A DNA stretch of 63,893 nt, the filler included, from Choristocarpus tenellus KU-1152 (taxonomy: Eukaryota > Protista > Phaeophyceae), in NCBI GenBank assembly GCA_964200185.2. It is 12 parts of 12 records of this genome, joined end to end, with 100 filler letters (N's around TTAATTAATTAA, not from the genome) between each part and the next. Parts side by side here need not be neighbours in the genome. Positions count along the whole stretch, not along the records: positions 43,123 to 52,911 come from CAXNAD020003392.1; positions 53,012 to 56,899 come from CAXNAD020017346.1; positions 57,000 to 60,623 come from CAXNAD020018891.1; positions 60,724 to 63,893 come from CAXNAD020021804.1; 8 more parts are not named here. The stretch is one strand, 5' to 3'. Below are positions 49,701 to 63,239 of this stretch, in pieces. Both the position numbers and the translations under genes were made by a program. The notes under the pieces were generated by a model. It was not told the origin of the DNA, ran no database searches, and saw nothing but the letters and a program-made list of their open reading frames with translations. Positions within the stretch are counted from its first letter, which is position 1; each line of letters opens with the position of its first letter.

Positions 49701-52700
49701 AGAAGAACCTTTCTGATATGACATTTGCGTGAAGTAGTCCACCCCCCACAAAAATATGCAATTTAGTTTATGTACATACACATTAATGTTATGATAACGG
49801 GCTTCGTATTCCATAGGTGAAGCAAAGTTGAGTAGGAATTACATAAATGTTCCACGCACAGATATTGCACCACATCTAATATCGAATGGTGTCAGGCACA
49901 AGAAATTGTTAACACACAAGGCTATTGGATATTGGCGTGCTGTATGTACCCCCCCTCACCCCTCATACACAGAGGATGCTGAGGTGAAAGCTCTGTTATA
50001 GCTCCGAGCTAACTCTCCTAGTGAGGATGATGCAATAGTCTCAATGGCAAAACAAGCAAGAGCAGTAAGCGACACCTTGATAAACACCTAAAGCCAATAT
50101 ATCAATGGATTATCGACATTGATTGTCCTTAAAGCGTATGATCACAGGGCATACATAAGAGTGACCCAAACTAAGAGGCGGGGCACTGAGTGAAATATAA
50201 CTCCGAATGCCATTGTTGGACACCAGATGCAAGCTCAGGATAGTCGTAGAAAGTACGTTGCATCAGGAAGAAGGTTCTCTAAAAAATAACACACTTTCTT
50301 GGGAGCCACATCTTTTTGGGAGGTTAGGGACATCGTAAGGAACATCATTAGACAATCGAGAAAAACGAAAATAAAATATACTCCAGATTTTCGATTTTTT
50401 TTTTCTTTCAGGTTTCTGCTCTCCCCCACACACTATGTCAGTGTTCCAGGCTCAGCATGACACACTCTTACCACTCCCCATATATTTTTGGGGGGTTCCT
50501 GTTACGAATGTTGTTGTCCTCGAGAAAATCTGATCCCTGAAACTGGAGATGATATCTCTTTTGAATAGGTCTGTGGGTCCAACTCCCCCCCTCCAAATAA
50601 TATAAACACTTACGCACTTAGAGTGGTACATTGAGTCTACTATAGCATGATGCGCAGCATTGATGCACAGGTAGAAGAAGAGTAGATACTGATAGGCAAA
50701 GCAATACATAACAGTCGAAAGACACTCAGTCGATAACTACTGCTAGTTTTGTGTATCATGTGGAGGTTAACCCCTCACTAACCCACATATACTTAACAAG
50801 CAGGATACTGAGGTGAACGCATTGTACCCTACAAGCAGGGAAAAATTAGGATGGATATACAGAACTTGCACAAAGGAATAATGTCAGCATAATGGTATGA
50901 ATTTCAACTCAAAGAGTGGCACGTATCACCTGCTGGCAAGTGGTATGAACAGTCAGTCAACCCTCCAACTCCAGATCCTTATCCCTCGGATAATACACCT
51001 AGTAGCTTACAAATATATATGCCCAAGTACATACTACTTGAGCACTAATCATGCTCGATCTACAGATAAATATGTGTTGTCCATTAAAATATCAACAGTA
51101 TACCGCAAATTAGCACTCTTGTTGTGTGGCATATAGGTCTAGCTTCCATTCCCAACCCATACTGATGCTGAAGCGAGTTTGCTACTGTTTGGAATTATTG
51201 GATTGAAAGCAATGACTCGCAGGTTTTACGTGGAGATGTGTTCGTAACTGACAGTCCATTAAATGTGTGCTTGTCACACCTGACGTATGAAGTGTATGAT
51301 AAATCCTCCTGCCCATAACCCACAAATGAAATAATACCGAGGGGTGTGCAATGTGGCGTTGTAGAAGCAAGGCATATAGGAAGGAAAGATTATCGTAGAG
51401 ATACAAAAAGTAGGAAAAGAAAACAATGGGAGGCGTTGGTAGATAAACAAACATCCCGAAAATCTGTCCTCAACTACTACTACAAAACTAAACTAAACTA
51501 ACAGGGAATACTGCACTCATCAATGTGACCTCAAAGTTGCACGCACACCCCACAAAGCATCGAGTCCTCCATGACATATATACGCAGAATGAATTATCGA
51601 TCTAGCTCCGGATGATTGCGTGATAAGAGATGAGTAGAGTTCAGATCGTATGGACTGGGTTTGACATTAATTTTCATTTTCATTTATGTTTTCTTCCAAC
51701 AGGACGTGATGGTGTTAGCTAGTGACCTTAGTTGACTCCCTGTCTCACTTATATGGTACTAGTGCAATACCCCTTGGGTTTTTTGTGAATGCCCTCCTTA
51801 TCTACGGTATTGTACCGTATGAAACACTCTTTATGAAGGACTCTACAAATGGATTTCATCAAGGATTGTGTTTTTGGTTTCCTTATCTTTTTTTACACTG
51901 CTGGTTTGAAACCCCATACACTACAGTAATGTGAAGATTAGAACTAGAACAACTATAATAACAAAATCGCCGAATGTGATAGGAGATACTGATAAAATGA
52001 CAAGGAAAAATAATATCAATGACATCAATAATATAAGCAATTTGATCAACGACAACTGTGATTGAATGGGTCCGATTTGATTAAATCCCAGATGGATTTG
52101 AAACAGAAAATCTTTGTGAGTGAATATTCCGTTCTTTTTTTTCTGCCCTCCCTGGAATATTTGTAGGAGAGAAGGGCAACTACAGGCTTATGAACAACCG
52201 CACAAGCACCACTAAGTTAGCTAGGACTGAGTTGTGAGTCATCGATGAGCACAGGTATTCCAATTACAGTGAATGTGACTACCTGCACGAGTATGACGTT
52301 GACCCAACTGCAGGGTATGCCCTTCTCCGTGTGGAGGATGATGGCAAAGGTAAGGGTCAGAAGACGACGCAGAATCTCCCTTGAAGGCAGACAATGAGTC
52401 ATCAATGGTAAAGATGGGTCGCCTCCTGGAGGAAGACCACAGTATCACCAACCACGACTGCGAAATAGATCTATGCTTGGAGTGTGTGGCTGGTGGGCCA
52501 TCCCACCTACTCCGGAGTATTTGTTATGGACTGACTCCGATATATTACCAGAAATTTGAAGCGATGTCTTGGAAGTAGAGGTGTTTTGGTTCCATATTAA
52601 TTTGTTTTGCCATATTAGCGGTGCAGTCACAAGCATTTATTATTAGTTGAGGTGCCCATTCCTAGTTTTACTTTTCACCTTCAATAACAAAAAAAAAACT

Positions 52701-53166
52701 GGTAGGAACTAACAACAATAACATCTACAACAATAAGGGCAACATATTAATCCAATCAAATTGTCTACCTTCAACTTGCATCTTCTTTTAACCCCTTCAA
52801 CCCATATCTATAAGATGATCTTTGGCTTGTGTGTTGGCATATGATTTGTTATCTTTCATCGGAGGATACGAAGGCGTATATATTTGGGGTTTTTATCTTA
52901 GAGGGTACAGCNNNNNNNNNNNNNNNNNNNNNNNNNNNNNNNNNNNNNNNNNNNNTTAATTAATTAANNNNNNNNNNNNNNNNNNNNNNNNNNNNNNNNN
53001 NNNNNNNNNNNCTGCCCCCACCCCCCCAAGAAAATTGGAGCCAACATACACTATTCGCTGAATACAGCAGTCCAGAGCACCTGGTGCACGTCCGCAGAAC
53101 CAATACAACAAAGGGGGTACTATGTAGTGCTCCCAGGTTCACTCAAAGATCTGTGACCTGTGCAGA

Positions 53167-53432
53167 GAGTGAACGAATTTAAGAGGGTAGGTTCACGTCC
53201 GTTCGGGATCGTGAATCCAATGTTGCGATTTTGATTAATTTTGGCTATCGTGTTTGTTATCGGGTGTTAATATCCTTGCTCCAGACACATGCCTTTCATT
53301 GTCGTATACATGTTAGGTAACTACTGTGTTCACATAGAAAATCGTAGAAGGGCATTAAAAAAAACATAGGAAGTCAAGCCCCCAAATGGACAAATAGGGC
53401 AAACCTTCTACCCATCTTAAGTGCTTTGGGTC
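53167..53432 (+). mobile_element. MITE family A full-length diverged copy
   Basis: gagtgaacgaatttaagagggtag...ctacccatcttaagtgctttgggtc; flanks CAGA/CAAA. Confidence 0.85.
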
Positions 53433-53727
53433 CAAATGAGATGAACCGCTCCCTATTAGTAATCTCTCAGAGAAGAAAATATTGGGAGATGTGCAATTGG
53501 AAGGACAGCAGTACACCTTAGGGAGTGAAAAATGAGTATGTATCATTTGACTTGTTCTTTACTAAATCCAGAGAATTGCAGAGCAACACAAAACCAGTTA
53601 CAATTCTGTGGAAACTAGGGGCACACAGGGCCTGAAGGATACTCTGGGATGCATGTTACTTTGGGCAACAAGCCTCCTTTTTTTCCAATGAGCGGTTTCT
53701 TGTAGCGGAATATGGCTAGGTGGATTC

Positions 53728-53730
<3 letters not shown>

Positions 53731-53784
<54 letters not shown>

Positions 53785-53794
53785 TCTCCCTCTC
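53731..53794. repeat. (CT)n microsatellite
   Basis: Directly visible. Confidence 0.95.
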
Positions 53795-54158
53795 TTTTAA
53801 TCTGGGCATGCTTTTTTAAAACTCTCTCGCCCCCCACCCCTTCTCATACATATTTCTCAACAGCCGGTCGAGTTATTCATGCCACACAGTCTGAGGGTGC
53901 TACGTACAGCCCAAATTCACTCACTGTGAGGTTGTATTATCGAGGCAGTACCACCGTTACATTGCAGCAATAGCGGACCTGAGATATCCAGCATCGGCAG
54001 TTGTCAATGAGACACTGGCCCCAAAGGATATCAGAAGAGGGGTGCAACCCACTCCACGTGTGCATGGCCTTGCAGGACAATGTCGAAGGTCAAGGTGCAC
54101 TGAGTCTTTCACCATCTCAATCTGCCCGTCCCCCCACTACTAATTCCCCTCGACCTAG

Positions 54159-56495
54159 GGTCACACTAGCCATGGATTTGGCATCAGCACATGCTGCTGA
54201 AGCTGCAGAAGCAAGGCAGGAGGTGGCCCTGCAGGCTGCTCGGGTGCGAAGAGCAAGCAAGGAAGGCCTGCCTGCTGAAGCAGCAGAAGGGAGACGAACG
54301 TCCATGAGTGGAACGTTGACAGGAAGTAGGTAGGGAACTATGGGGAGAGGGAGTCACAAGAAGACTATCTATAATGAAGTATAGATAGCAAAGACTCACA
54401 GAGGGAATGGGAGCGAGAGAGGAACTAATACTAGAACGTCTGTGCATGTACAAGTTATAAGGTAAGTACATCAATGATGCTAATATATCATGTGTATCCC
54501 CTAGCCAAGCAATGATTGGCCGCGGATGCCCTGTTGCATTTTCCTTGACAATTGTCTCTGGCTGTGTTTCTTCCCTCACTCTTTGGCCCATAGCACTCAG
54601 TCACAATCACAGCCACTATCGCTATCCACCTGATAAAGGTAGCTTCCTCTCTCTCCCTCTCTCTCTCCCTCAAATATCCCGAAAACGCAATGGAAACCAA
54701 AATAAATTTTACACCACTGATATAAAAAAACACTTCAGCTTGGGGACTATGCTGACCCCAGGTCAGATCCAAAGCGCTGCACCATTCTCCACACTATCTG
54801 TGGTTGTAATGGTTCTGTTCATGCCTAGCTTCTTGTGCAATGGGTTCAGTCATCCCACTACTCATTGCTCCGTCTCCTCACTTGAATCTTGTACTGGATC
54901 TACATTGGTGTTGCTCTGTAATGAAGTCTTGCCACCCCTCATTCAAAATTTCCCCCCCCTTTTGGGGGGGGCAGGAACAGACCGAATAGTATGTACTACA
55001 GGAGTACAATCCATCATGCTAGTCGAGTGGACTTTGGACCATTGAAAAACAGATCTCAATGAAAATAATGCTATCATTGAAGAGGTTTGAACACGCACAA
55101 TCCTGTAAGAAGACACTGGCCTTTAACCACCGTGTTACAGCAACACTCTCACTCCACTACTATCTCTCCAATCAGTGGAAGTGAACCCTTAACTCCACGA
55201 CTGCCTTATCAACAAGGAACTGACTGTAGATTCAAGATGAGGTTGTCCTGTCTCTTCACCATCTCAATCAGACCGCTCCCGTTTCTGGCCCTACACAACA
55301 ACTTCAATCCCAAACATCGTGCCTGTTAGGCAATACACTAAGCAGTTGCTGAAAGTCTCTTCATCCCTGAAGCCAGTTATCAAGGAAGGAACAAACCTTT
55401 GGAGAGAGGGCAAAAGGACTGAGTGTCGGGACCTGTACTCATCAACGGGGGAGAGACTTGTTGAGCAGCTTCCCGCGGGAACTGTACAGGATGACTTAAG
55501 GGTAGCACTTCGAGCAGCAACGTGAGGCTATCCCCCTGTCTAGGCACATACATCTCCCCCTTAGGTTCAAACTTGTAGCTAGGTTCCCAGCGCCATGCCA
55601 TTAGTGCTCTGCACTGCAGTAGTACTAGAATGTGAAGGACCAGAAAAAAAATGCCTCTAAGCGAGCACATTACTGTTGTAAGGCAGAACCAAGGTATGTC
55701 AAAGACCCCATAGTTGTGCTGTCTGGAGATGTGGTCGGTTACCATATTGTCAGTACATCATTGAAGAGCATTGTTGAGATTTAGAGAGGGTACAGGATAA
55801 TGCACTGAAAATGTGTCCTATTGACTCAATGCGAGGTTTGGGCCATCCCAGTGCTATACTCCTTTCTCCGTGTACAATGTTCCCCCTACCTTCGACGTCT
55901 TGTCATGATTTCGAAATGAAAAATTCCCAAGTGATTCACAAACATATTGTAATGTTGTGGTGCAAGGAAATATATATACAATACACATTTGACAGGCTAA
56001 GGAAGAGAGCTCGGTCTTCACAATCCATCTACTGCCACTCACACTGTTTCCTTTCCTGCAACCAGTTCAACCCCACCGTATCCCTTGTGTTCAGGGGCTT
56101 ACCTTCAGCCAAGGCCGCTGTAGCACTCAGAAAAGCTTTTGACACCATTATTGAGGCTGCCAAGACAGCCAAGGAGACTCTGGAGGAAGCTCCAAGTGAT
56201 GTGGGAGCAGCCACTGCGGCAGCGGTAGCAACACCCAATGTTGACGAAGTCGGTCAGAGTGGACAGAAAGAAGGTGAACGAAAAAATAGTTCTGCCACCG
56301 GTGGCGATTTGGTTGCTGCTAGGAGAAGCTCTCGAGTTGAATCCCTCCAACAACTGCTCAAGCAATTGGAAGAGCGGACCCTGAAAGACAGCATAGACTA
56401 TAAAGGAGGAGAGACCGGAGACAAGATGGGCAGGAGATCATCTGGAGCTGGAGCAATTGTACATGCAACCAAGAAGAGGTGCAGGGTCTTAGAAG
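54159..56495 (+). CDS. Three consecutive internal exons of an unknown helical/coiled-coil protein (partial gene)
   Basis: Exons 54159-54329, 55330-55521 and 56095-56495; AG/GT boundaries, and both joins are phase 2 and keep one open frame (..TLTGSR QYTKQLL..ALRAAT GLPSAKAAVALRKAFD..). Confidence 0.7.
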
Positions 56496-56833
56496 GTAAG
56501 AGGAAGTAGTGGAATGAAGGTGAGAGAGGTCTAACTGGCAGGGGCTGTTTATGAGGAACATCATATCTACCCATGGGGTTAGCCATTCCAACGGCCTCGG
56601 ATATTTCCCCCCAGAAAATTGTGCGATTGCTATTAGTCCCATGGGAGGAGGTAAGGAAAATCTCTCTCCTCTTCATTGATCTAGAGGATTCTTTGAGTGA
56701 TTTTGGTTGCCAAGACTGGCTAATAGTAGTAATATTAAAATGTCTGTACCATTGTGATACCATGCTCTTCAGGATCAGAGGTCATCAATAGTTCAAGAGC
56801 TCAAGTATTGTACGAATCAAGTACAACTGTAAT

Positions 56834-56899
56834 GGCTCAAAGTATCTAGGGGGGGGGGGGTGGCAGCTGTCCATTTAGGGTCAATTTTTCATGTTGCAG
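56834..56899 (+). mobile_element. MITE family B left part at contig end
   Basis: ggctcaaagtatcta-poly(G)-tggcagctgtccatttagggtcaatttttc. Confidence 0.85.
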
Positions 56900-56999
56900 N
56901 NNNNNNNNNNNNNNNNNNNNNNNNNNNNNNNNNNNNNNNNNNNTTAATTAATTAANNNNNNNNNNNNNNNNNNNNNNNNNNNNNNNNNNNNNNNNNNNN

Positions 57000-57302
57000 T
57001 TGGGGAGAAGACAAAAAAACACAAAAAAAACCACACATAAAAAATGCCGCAAATTGGGCCGCCCCCCCCCCCCCCCCCCCCCAGATACTTTCACCCTTTC
57101 GATGAAATTTGGCAATTGTGTTTGCTAGAAAGTGTCAATATCCTTGCTCCGGTCACGCCTTTTATTGTCGTATACGCTTTAGGGTTAGGGTTAGTGTTCA
57201 CATTGAAAACCGAAAAAGGGCATAAAAAACCCCGTGGGAAGCCAAGCCCCAAACGGACAAACAGGGCAAAACTCGTACCCTAACCCTAAGATACTTTGGG
57301 TT
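57000..57302 (+). mobile_element. B-type terminus (ends 57096) directly abutting the right two-thirds of a family A copy (57097-57302)
   Basis: poly(C)-agatactttcaccc is followed immediately by the A interior (..gtgtcaatatccttgctccgg..) and the A right TIR. Confidence 0.8.
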
Positions 57303-57524
57303 GTGCCTCCCTCCACAGAGCCTCCGCTGTGATACTTTCCCAATGGCGTCAATGAAAGCAAGTAGGTATATCCGCGTCTGTTGAGCCTTTAGCAGCAGGG
57401 CCAATGGATAAACATACAGGGCACAATCAAGCACAGAGGGCAATACAAGGGAGGAACAAAACTCACCTTTAACTCTAACCCTAAGCCTGAGCACGTCATT
57501 AACAATAGCACTCGATTCATTCAG

Positions 57525-57630
57525 AGTGCCTATCATTGGTACTTGTGACTACGATAGAACTCAACTCAGAGCACTTCACGGCATGCAACTGTGGAGGCAC
57601 CATATGAGGAGGACCTATGACCGTATGAAG
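57525..57630 (+). CDS. Candidate orphan exon
   Basis: ttcattcag acceptor, open frame VPIIGTCDYDRTQLRALHGMQLWRHHMRRTYDRMK, strong donor AAG|gtaagg. Confidence 0.3.
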
Positions 57631-58341
57631 GTAAGGTCAAAAACGGTTTCTGGTAACAAAATATATATTTTTAAATAGGACTGATAACAACAATGTCGTA
57701 AGTGTTTTTCTTTTACAGTAGAGTGTTGTTTGTATTATTGCAAGCACTACAGAGCATCTATTATAATTAAAAAAATTAGTGGTATAATTATTTGATGGTA
57801 TTAGCATTAATCCCATTGTAGTATTAACACTAGCATTAGTAGTATTAAAATATCAATGCTATTTTAATACTATTAGCACAGTATGTATAAATACTATCAA
57901 CACCACCAGTAGTAATGACTTATCAAGCACCGGAGAGTGAATGAACCAAGCTCACCACATCATGGTGAAGGAGTTTGTACAGCATAACAATAACAATCAT
58001 GACAGCAAACACCAGACACACAATGTTCAAGACAGAAATGGAGTACCAATATACTGTATTCTTGTGTTGCCTTCAAAGTGTAGTGACGCTGGTCCCATCT
58101 GAGCTAACGCATGTCACCTCCCATCATACTGATGCCACCGCTGGAATAAACAAAACTCGTATGTTATTGGTTGCTGTAACCCACTTCCCCTTTGAGTCGC
58201 TTGAAAATCGCCCTCCCCTTTGATTGGCCAAACACTGCAAAAGTAGCGACGCAAACGCCTCCCACCACTCCCGCTGGAACATGCGATCCCCCAAACAGGA
58301 CCTCCACCTTTCACACGCAAGAGAGGAGTCAGAGGTGTTAC

Positions 58342-58458
58342 AAGCACATTGTGTGTTGATATTGGAAGCACATTGTATGTTGATATTGGATGCACATTGT
58401 ATGTTGATATTGGAAGCACATTTTATGTTGATATTGGAAGCACATTGTATGTTGATAC
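58342..58458. repeat. 24-bp minisatellite, ~5 copies
   Basis: aagcacattgtatgttgatattgg units with no spacers. Confidence 0.92.
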
Positions 58459-60723
58459 ACCTTGGCTTCATACACAATGCACCTAACAAAAGAGGCGTAC
58501 AATGTAGCTTTTTTCTTTTGTGTTTCACCTTGGTGTCACTAGTGAAACTGCCTCACAAAATATGCTACATAATATAAATAATACTTGAAAACAAATCCAA
58601 CCCTAACCCTAACCGTAATCCCGGAAATTAAAGTACAGAAGGTAGAAGTACTGAGTCATTCACACATGCTCTTAAAAAGGCTACTGGTAGAAGTTGAGGT
58701 GGGGCAGGGAAAAACCTCAAAAAAAATTCCTAGATTTTTCCAAGCGAAAGCAAGGTTGGCCATGGATATTGATTGATCCCCCATCTGTAATGACCATAGT
58801 TGTTGCAAAAACCGGGTGGCAAGTTATATATGTATAAATATATTACCATTGGAATAGCCTATAAATAAGGGAGCTACATGGCAGAGGCTTAAGGAAGAGG
58901 CTACAAAATTCAGCAGCCTGGTCATATTGACGACGAATTGGAGATTTCCTCCAACTAGATATTTGGGTATGACATTGTAAGGTATGACATTGTAAGGTAT
59001 ACCACCATTATACACACAATATATACCGTTGGTGGTATATATAAAAATAATTCATACCGTGATTGGTACCTCTCACAGCAGCAGTTAGCTGGTCCTACTG
59101 CTCCCCCAACACCAACAATTATATGATTACTTCCCTGCTTAAGGAGCCAAAAAGGAGATGAAAACAAAGGGGATGCAACTGAAACAGAGGCAGGGATATA
59201 TGTCCAAGATGGATAAATGTGGTGTGGTGCAGTGATAGAACAATAATAGCTGGTGAAGAAAGTGTCATATGACCTCCCTAAAAACCTCAGAAACCCCTCC
59301 TCTCCTGCGCCTCCCCATGGCAATTGACTCAAAAGCTGTAGTACGAGTGAAAGTTAGTTCAAATCAAATCACACAACGGCTTGAGGTTCAGCATTCCCTG
59401 ACACATCAACAAGGTTCAGGTACGGCAGTTTAACGAATAACCCATCGCGGTACTGCCTTATCAAATTATATTGCCTTGAATGGAAAAAATAAATGTGGGT
59501 ATTTGCAGAGTTATCTTTTCCAGAAACAACCATTAAGTGCTCCGCATTCGCACACACTTCCAACAATAATTAATAAAGTACATGCAGATATTTAGTATAT
59601 ACTTCAACACACCCAAGCCTGCAAAAGGTTAACAAAGCATGCTTGACAGAAAGACCACCCTTTACCTTGGGCAACCTTGGCGATTTCCTCTCTGCTGTTC
59701 TAGATTCAAGGCGATACTATTCAATATTGTTATTATTATTGTTATTATGATTATTATTATTGTTATTGATACTATCAATTCAAAGTACGTATCCCTTGGG
59801 GTGTCTTGTCAAGAGTGTTGAAAGGGCGAATTTGTTTGACCAATCAGTGAGTGATAAAAGAAACCGAACGCATGACCAAATCTGAATGTGTAAAGAGTGA
59901 CCTTTCAAAGCTGAGTGTACTTCACCTATTTCAAGAACACGCTATCTCAACACTCAGACATCCGCCACCCAAGGAAATGGAAAACATACCCCCCATCATC
60001 CTACACGCTGGCTGCATGCTTCATGCCCAAGGTCTTGCTGTACTGCACCCTGTACTGTATCCTGTGTACCTGGACTACCAACAAACAACTACTGAACTCC
60101 AAAAATAAAATATATATAAATTTTTTAACCGGAAACAAAATGAGGGCATTTGGAAGACACAGACATCTGGCCGTGTGTTCGAAATTTCAAGGGCAAAACC
60201 TTTATTCGGTGTATCATGCTTTACTATTTTACTATTTTACTATTTTACCATTTTATTACAACAATAAAAACAAAAAAGGAGTAGAGATTATTTGCTCGCA
60301 TTATTCAAAAATGTTCTAAAAGCGAAAGGCAATTTGAAATATGTATCGAGACCAATCAAACATGATTTTCCTTGAGGGCACATGAAGATTGACCAATCAG
60401 CATGATAGGTTATGCCTATCCACTACAATAGAATATACGCGGCGCGCGTGTGTTTTTAAAAAATCACCAAATGGAATATCTTGATTGGTCATCAATTCGA
60501 TTCTTCAAGTCATTGATTTCATTGGTTTTAACAACCAAACACACTTGGCCACAGAGTGTGCTCCAATACTACAAACGCAACCCCACCCCCCACCCCTACT
60601 CCACGCCTTCTGGTGATGAACACNNNNNNNNNNNNNNNNNNNNNNNNNNNNNNNNNNNNNNNNNNNNTTAATTAATTAANNNNNNNNNNNNNNNNNNNNN
60701 NNNNNNNNNNNNNNNNNNNNNNN

Positions 60724-60766
60724 CCCCCCCGGGTTATAACCCCCCCCCCCCCAGTTACTTTGAGCC
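60724..60766. mobile_element. MITE family B terminus at contig start
   Basis: poly(C)-agttactttgagcc. Confidence 0.7.
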
Positions 60767-60789
60767 ACACCAGAGTCTCACACTCATGT

Positions 60790-61815
60790 CAAACTACTGT
60801 TCTAAAAGAACTCTCAAAACCATGGAACACAAAGAAAAATAGACACAAAAATAATGTCTGACAGTCACAGAGATATAGAGAGCTGCAATATGAAAGCTCT
60901 CCCTCCTTGAGGACTTCGAACATATAAACAAATACAGACAAGAATGTCTCAGAATAACAAAGTAGTAGGGTACTGTCATAGAAAGACTCCAACCGTTCAA
61001 AACTATCAACACAAATGAATACAGACACGAAATCACGGGAGCATGAATGCCATCGACCCTTCAGAACTACAAACATAAACAACTATCGGACACCAACACA
61101 ATGTCTCACAGTCACAAAGAGTTAGGGCCCTGCCATGGAAATGCTTACCCTCACTAGGGACTAAGCATATATAAAAAAATATAGGCAAATATCTCAAAAT
61201 CACAGAAAAATAGGGAGTGTCATAGTAAGACTATCCCCCTTCACAACTATCAACACAAACAAATATAGACGCAAAATTACAATAACACTGAAATAGGGTG
61301 GGATCATAGAAAGGTTCTCCCCCTTCAAAACTATCAATACAAATACAGTCAGAAAATCACAATAGCACTGAAGTAGCATACTGCCATACACTCTCTCTTT
61401 CAGAATGATAAACAGAAACGACTACAGGACACCAACACAATGCCTCACAGTCACAGAGAGATAGGGTGTTGCCATGGAAACGCTTACCCTCCCTTGGAAC
61501 TATGAACATACAAACAAGGCTCGAAGTATCTGGTGGGGGTAGCGGCTGTCCATTTGGGGTCAATTTTTCTATGTTGCGATTTTTGCGTGATTTGGTTGCA
61601 TACGTCGGATGGATAATGTAAATGCACTTTTCCTGATGTTGGTCCAAATGGACACCCTGGTGTGGACACCCGCCCTCCTCAGATACTTTGGGTCACAAGT
61701 GGAGACAATGTCTTACAATATCATCAAAATAGAGAGTGTCATGGCAAGACTCACCCCCTTCACAACTATCAACACAAACAACTACAAGACACAAGAATAG
61801 GATGTCTCAAAAAGT
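60790..61815. repeat. Diverged ~85-bp monomer array with a ~339-bp higher-order unit
   Basis: ttca.aactatcaacacaaa recurs (~60996, 61240, 61324, 61759); 61088-61165 and 61427-61503 are closer to each other than to adjacent monomers. Confidence 0.7.
61518..61694 (+). mobile_element. MITE family B full copy with perfect ACAA TSD
   Basis: ggctcgaagtatctgg...agatactttgggtc; ACAA at 61514-61517 and 61695-61698. Confidence 0.9.
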
Positions 61816-62099
61816 ACAGATGAAAGTATCGAACAATAACATAAGTGGGAATATCATAGCAACACTCCTCACACCGGTTAGAGCGCGAAACCACTTACAC
61901 ATGTCAGTGGCCAGTAACATGCTCCTCAGCATGAACTGGGTATTTCCCATAGACAATTGCCATAGGCTAGTACAAAAGATATTATCTATCACCTCAATCG
62001 TGCCGCAGCAGCATGTATCGGTTGCCAGTGGATGACAAGTCAAACGTTCTGAAATAATTAGATTCGAAAATGGTTTCACAGGAAACTCCAGATCCAAAT

Positions 62100-63215
62100 T
62101 TGACAGTTGTTTCCAACATTGATCGACATATCCCCTTGTTTCTTTTGAGGATGAATCTCCAAAAGTCGCAAGACACAGTCAGAGTTAGTTCACGTTTGAA
62201 CCAATCAGAGTATGCACTAACAAAAAAAAATAGATATCCCACTAGATCCTCAATATGTAACAGATATCCATATTCTCTTGGGAGAATCTGTCCCAAAGGC
62301 CACGAAATACCATCAGTCAGTTTGCATATGACCTAATCCAAGTATAAGCCTGTTCCTTTTGAAGGTCTGCTTCAAAAGTTACAAAGGGTCAAAGTATCTG
62401 GGGGGCGGGGTTCGGCGTCCGTTTTTCACCCTTTTTTCGTTTTTCACTTTTTTGGTGTGATTTGGTCGCACGTGTCAGATTTGAAATGTTAGCAAAAAAA
62501 AGAGTTTTTTGACCAAAACGGACACCCCTTCACAACCCCCCCCCCCAGATACTTTGACCCAAAGCGTACATCTCTGACATGGCATAGAATTGATGGGTCT
62601 ACAGTTCCAATCTAGTCACAAATGTGATAATCTAATGCATATCCTTGTTTCCTTTTGAAGTGTCCATCCAAAAGGTCACAGGATACAATCTCAGTCAGTT
62701 TGCATCAGGCCTAATCCGGGTATAAACTTGTTTCTTCTGGGGTCTGGTTCAAAAGTTGCAAAGCATGTATCTCTGATATGGACTACAATTGATGGGTTTC
62801 CAGTTCCTATCTCCCCAATCACAACTGTGACTAATGTATATCCTTGTTTCCTTTGGAAGCATACGTCCACAAGGTCACAGGATACAATCTCAGTCAGTTT
62901 GCATCTAGCCTAATCTGAATATACGCCTGTTCCTTTTGAAGGTGTGCTTCAAAATTACAAAGCATACGTCTCTTCCTTGGCCTACCAATAATGGGTCCCT
63001 AGTTCTGATCTTTCTAATCACAGCTGTGATCAATGTGTATCTTGCTTCCTTTGGAAATGTCTCTCTTGAAAGTCACAGGATACAATCGCACTCAGTTTGC
63101 ATCTAGCCTAATCAGAACACATACTTGTTCCTTGTGAGGGTCTGGTTCAAATTTAACAAGGCATACATCTCAAATTTGGCTTACAGTAAATGGGTCCCCA
63201 GTTCCGATCTTTTTG
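62100..63215. repeat. ~198-bp tandem repeat, ~4-5 copies, interrupted by a MITE
   Basis: cacaggatacaatc..cagtttgcat..cctaatc anchors near 62300, 62677, 62876 and 63074; spacing is ~198 after subtracting the 62386-62560 insertion. Confidence 0.8.
62386..62560. mobile_element. B-related MITE subfamily (175 bp, perfect 19-bp TIR gggtcaaagtatctggggg)
   Basis: Both TIRs visible; interior diverged from family B; the duplication at the caaag target is of ambiguous length (3-5 bp). Confidence 0.85.
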
Positions 63216-63239
63216 TGTCATACCTAACTCTCCTTGGTA

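Noticed and set aside
58342-58458. 24-bp repeats (also the 39-, 72- and 97-bp repeats) as CRISPR-like arrays
   Set aside because: Head-to-tail units with no unique spacers, no cas genes, eukaryotic context.
58180-59140. Possible minus-strand exons (GSNHIIVGVGG.., VEVLFGGSHV..)
   Set aside because: Could not be joined into one phase-consistent open frame.
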